This document shows positions 24,523-26,207 of a DNA stretch of 26,207 bases, one piece after another. Numbering within the stretch: position 1 is the stretch's first letter; each line of letters starts with the position of its first letter. Below the pieces are notes generated by a model. That model ran no database searches. It was not told where the DNA came from and worked only from the letters and a program-made list of their open reading frames with translations. The translations under genes and the position numbers were made by a program. Source of the stretch: a virus (taxonomy: Duplodnaviria > Caudoviricetes); the IMG/VR virus record IMGVR_UViG_3300042934_000338, positions 1 through 26,207 of that record; one strand, 5' to 3'.

Positions 24523-26076
24523 ATGTTTCGTTTACTAATTGCAGATAATGAATATATAGAAAGAGAAGCGATGAAAACCATTGTCCAAAGAAAATTTGGA
24601 GAATTATATGAGATACGGGAAGCGGCAAATGGCCTACAGGCTATTGAAGAAGCAAAAACCTTTTTGCCACATGTGATTTTTATGGACATTAAGATGCCCT
24701 TTTGCTCAGGTATTGAAGCTGCTAAAAAAATACGTGAGTTTTCGCCGGAGGTGAGCATTGTGTTTATTACGGCCTATGATTATTTTGATTATGCCAAAGA
24801 TGCTATTGCGCTTCAAGCGGCAGAGCTATTACTGAAGCCCGTAGAAATGGAAAAAGTATGGAGTTTAATAGAGACACTTACGGAAAAAATGATTAAGGTG
24901 GAGAAGTGGCAATACCAGAATAAAGAACTAGAATTTAAATTTGAGCAGATTACCAGAGGTTTTCAGCTAGAGTTCATGAAAAGTTTGAAAAATTATAATA
25001 CCTCGTTAGAAAGTATTGAACAATATTTAAAGATTATGGATATATCCTTTGTCTGTGCAATGGCAGTGACGTTGGATTTTACAACCATTACGCAGTATAA
25101 AACCAGTGGTATTATTGAGAAGAATTTTATGCGTACACGGTTCTTAGATAAAGTCAGCAGACAAAGTGAGAAAAAAGAAATCCTATGTATTATTGGAGCA
25201 GTGGATGACTGTATGCAGCTTTTATTCTTAGAATCAAGAAGAGGAGAGAACGATCATGAAAGTATGAGAGAAAAATCTATTCTTGAAGATGTTCAGGATA
25301 TGATGGATGAAGCTATGGCTCAGATGCATATGAAGGTGGACTATACGAGAAGTGAACTGATTACGGAAGCTTCTCACCTGCCTATGGCTTTGTATTTATC
25401 AGAACAAACTCAGCTAGATAAGCAGGGAGCGGGGCAAAATGGTTATCCCTATGAATTAGAGGAACAGCTTATAGCTGCTTTAGAAAAACATCATTTTGAA
25501 GAAGCCAGAGGTTATATTGTGCAAATAGCAAAAGTTTTGCGCAGACTATACAGCGGTAATGCGTTTAATCGGGAAGCTAGGGGGCTATATGCTATCGTTA
25601 AACGAACGCTGAGGAGGTTTTCGGAGGATGTGATGATGCCTTATGCCGACCAGCTATCTGAAAGAATTTTTCAAGATGTGGATATGGTTTCTTTTTTTCA
25701 AAGGTTTTTTAGTTATGCAGAAGACATTATAGAAAATAGAAAGGATAAGAATCAAGTTTTGATTCAAAAAATAAAAGACTATCTTGAAGCGCATTATAGG
25801 GAAGATATTTCCCTCAAACAAGCAGCTGAGATGATAGGATTTAGTTCCTTCTACTTCTCTAAATTGATGAAAGAATATCTGAATACAAGTTATGTAGAGT
25901 ATCTAGCGTCTGTCCGTATGCGAAAAGCTAGGGAGTTATTAGAAACGACCGATAAAACGATCAGTGAAATCGGCTATGAAGTAGGTTATGCAGATGCTAA
26001 TTATTTTACCCGTGCCTTCAAACGGATAGAGGGTATGACACCAACAGATTATAAAGCTAATCATTTTAAAGGATAG
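24523..26076 (+). CDS. Response regulator with C-terminal AraC domain, YesN type
   Basis: Receiver LIADNE...MDIKMP..SG...ITAY..FDYA...LLKP; AraC domain ISLKQAAE...EIGYEVGYADANYFTRAFKRIEGMTPTDY. Confidence 0.96.
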   Translation: MFRLLIADNEYIEREAMKTIVQRKFGELYEIREAANGLQAIEEAKTFLPHVIFMDIKMPFCSGIEAAKKIREFSPEVSIVFITAYDYFDYAKDAIALQAAELLLKPVEMEKVWSLIETLTEKMIKVEKWQYQNKELEFKFEQITRGFQLEFMKSLKNYNTSLESIEQYLKIMDISFVCAMAVTLDFTTITQYKTSGIIEKNFMRTRFLDKVSRQSEKKEILCIIGAVDDCMQLLFLESRRGENDHESMREKSILEDVQDMMDEAMAQMHMKVDYTRSELITEASHLPMALYLSEQTQLDKQGAGQNGYPYELEEQLIAALEKHHFEEARGYIVQIAKVLRRLYSGNAFNREARGLYAIVKRTLRRFSEDVMMPYADQLSERIFQDVDMVSFFQRFFSYAEDIIENRKDKNQVLIQKIKDYLEAHYREDISLKQAAEMIGFSSFYFSKLMKEYLNTSYVEYLASVRMRKARELLETTDKTISEIGYEVGYADANYFTRAFKRIEGMTPTDYKANHFKG

Positions 26077-26127
26077 CACAAATTTGTTTCCTGGAATTTA
26101 AAGGGGAAACAAATTTGTGCTATTTTT
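26073..26127 (+). terminator. Intrinsic terminator with 19-bp perfect stem
   Basis: ATAGCACAAATTTGTTTCC (26073-26091) / GGAAACAAATTTGTGCTAT (26105-26123) then TTTT. Confidence 0.85.
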
Positions 26128-26207
26128 GTAGAATTATGAAAAACATAGCAATATAGTGATATAAAAAACAAGTCTGTGAATGGTTGTCTTTTGATGAGAT
26201 TGTTATA

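Overview
Positions 1 to about 22,220 are the right-hand part of an apparently intact temperate siphovirus prophage (SPP1-like head, long non-contractile tail) in a low-GC Firmicute, probably Clostridia. In order it carries a probable replication origin, a RinA/ArpU-type late activator, terS/terL, portal, head, neck, tail, tape measure, baseplate/receptor-binding and lysis genes, then a 2 kb accessory region and a probable attR. Host genes follow: a degenerate histidine-kinase-like protein and a YesM/YesN-type two-component system. The most notable observations are: (1) the attR core resembles the 3' end of the RNase P RNA gene (rnpB), which would be an unusual integration target; (2) an unannotated ~95-nt transcription unit encodes a 14-aa peptide, has a clostridial Rex-like operator over its -35 box, and converges on an XRE repressor that has its own two-operator switch; (3) an unannotated 37-aa CxxxCxxC peptide has an occluded RBS; (4) a structured RNA (loop-E hairpin plus tandem pseudoknots) precedes the scaffold gene; (5) the tail chaperone has a -1 frameshift; (6) the host has a pseudokinase. 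All calls are by eye, with no database searches.
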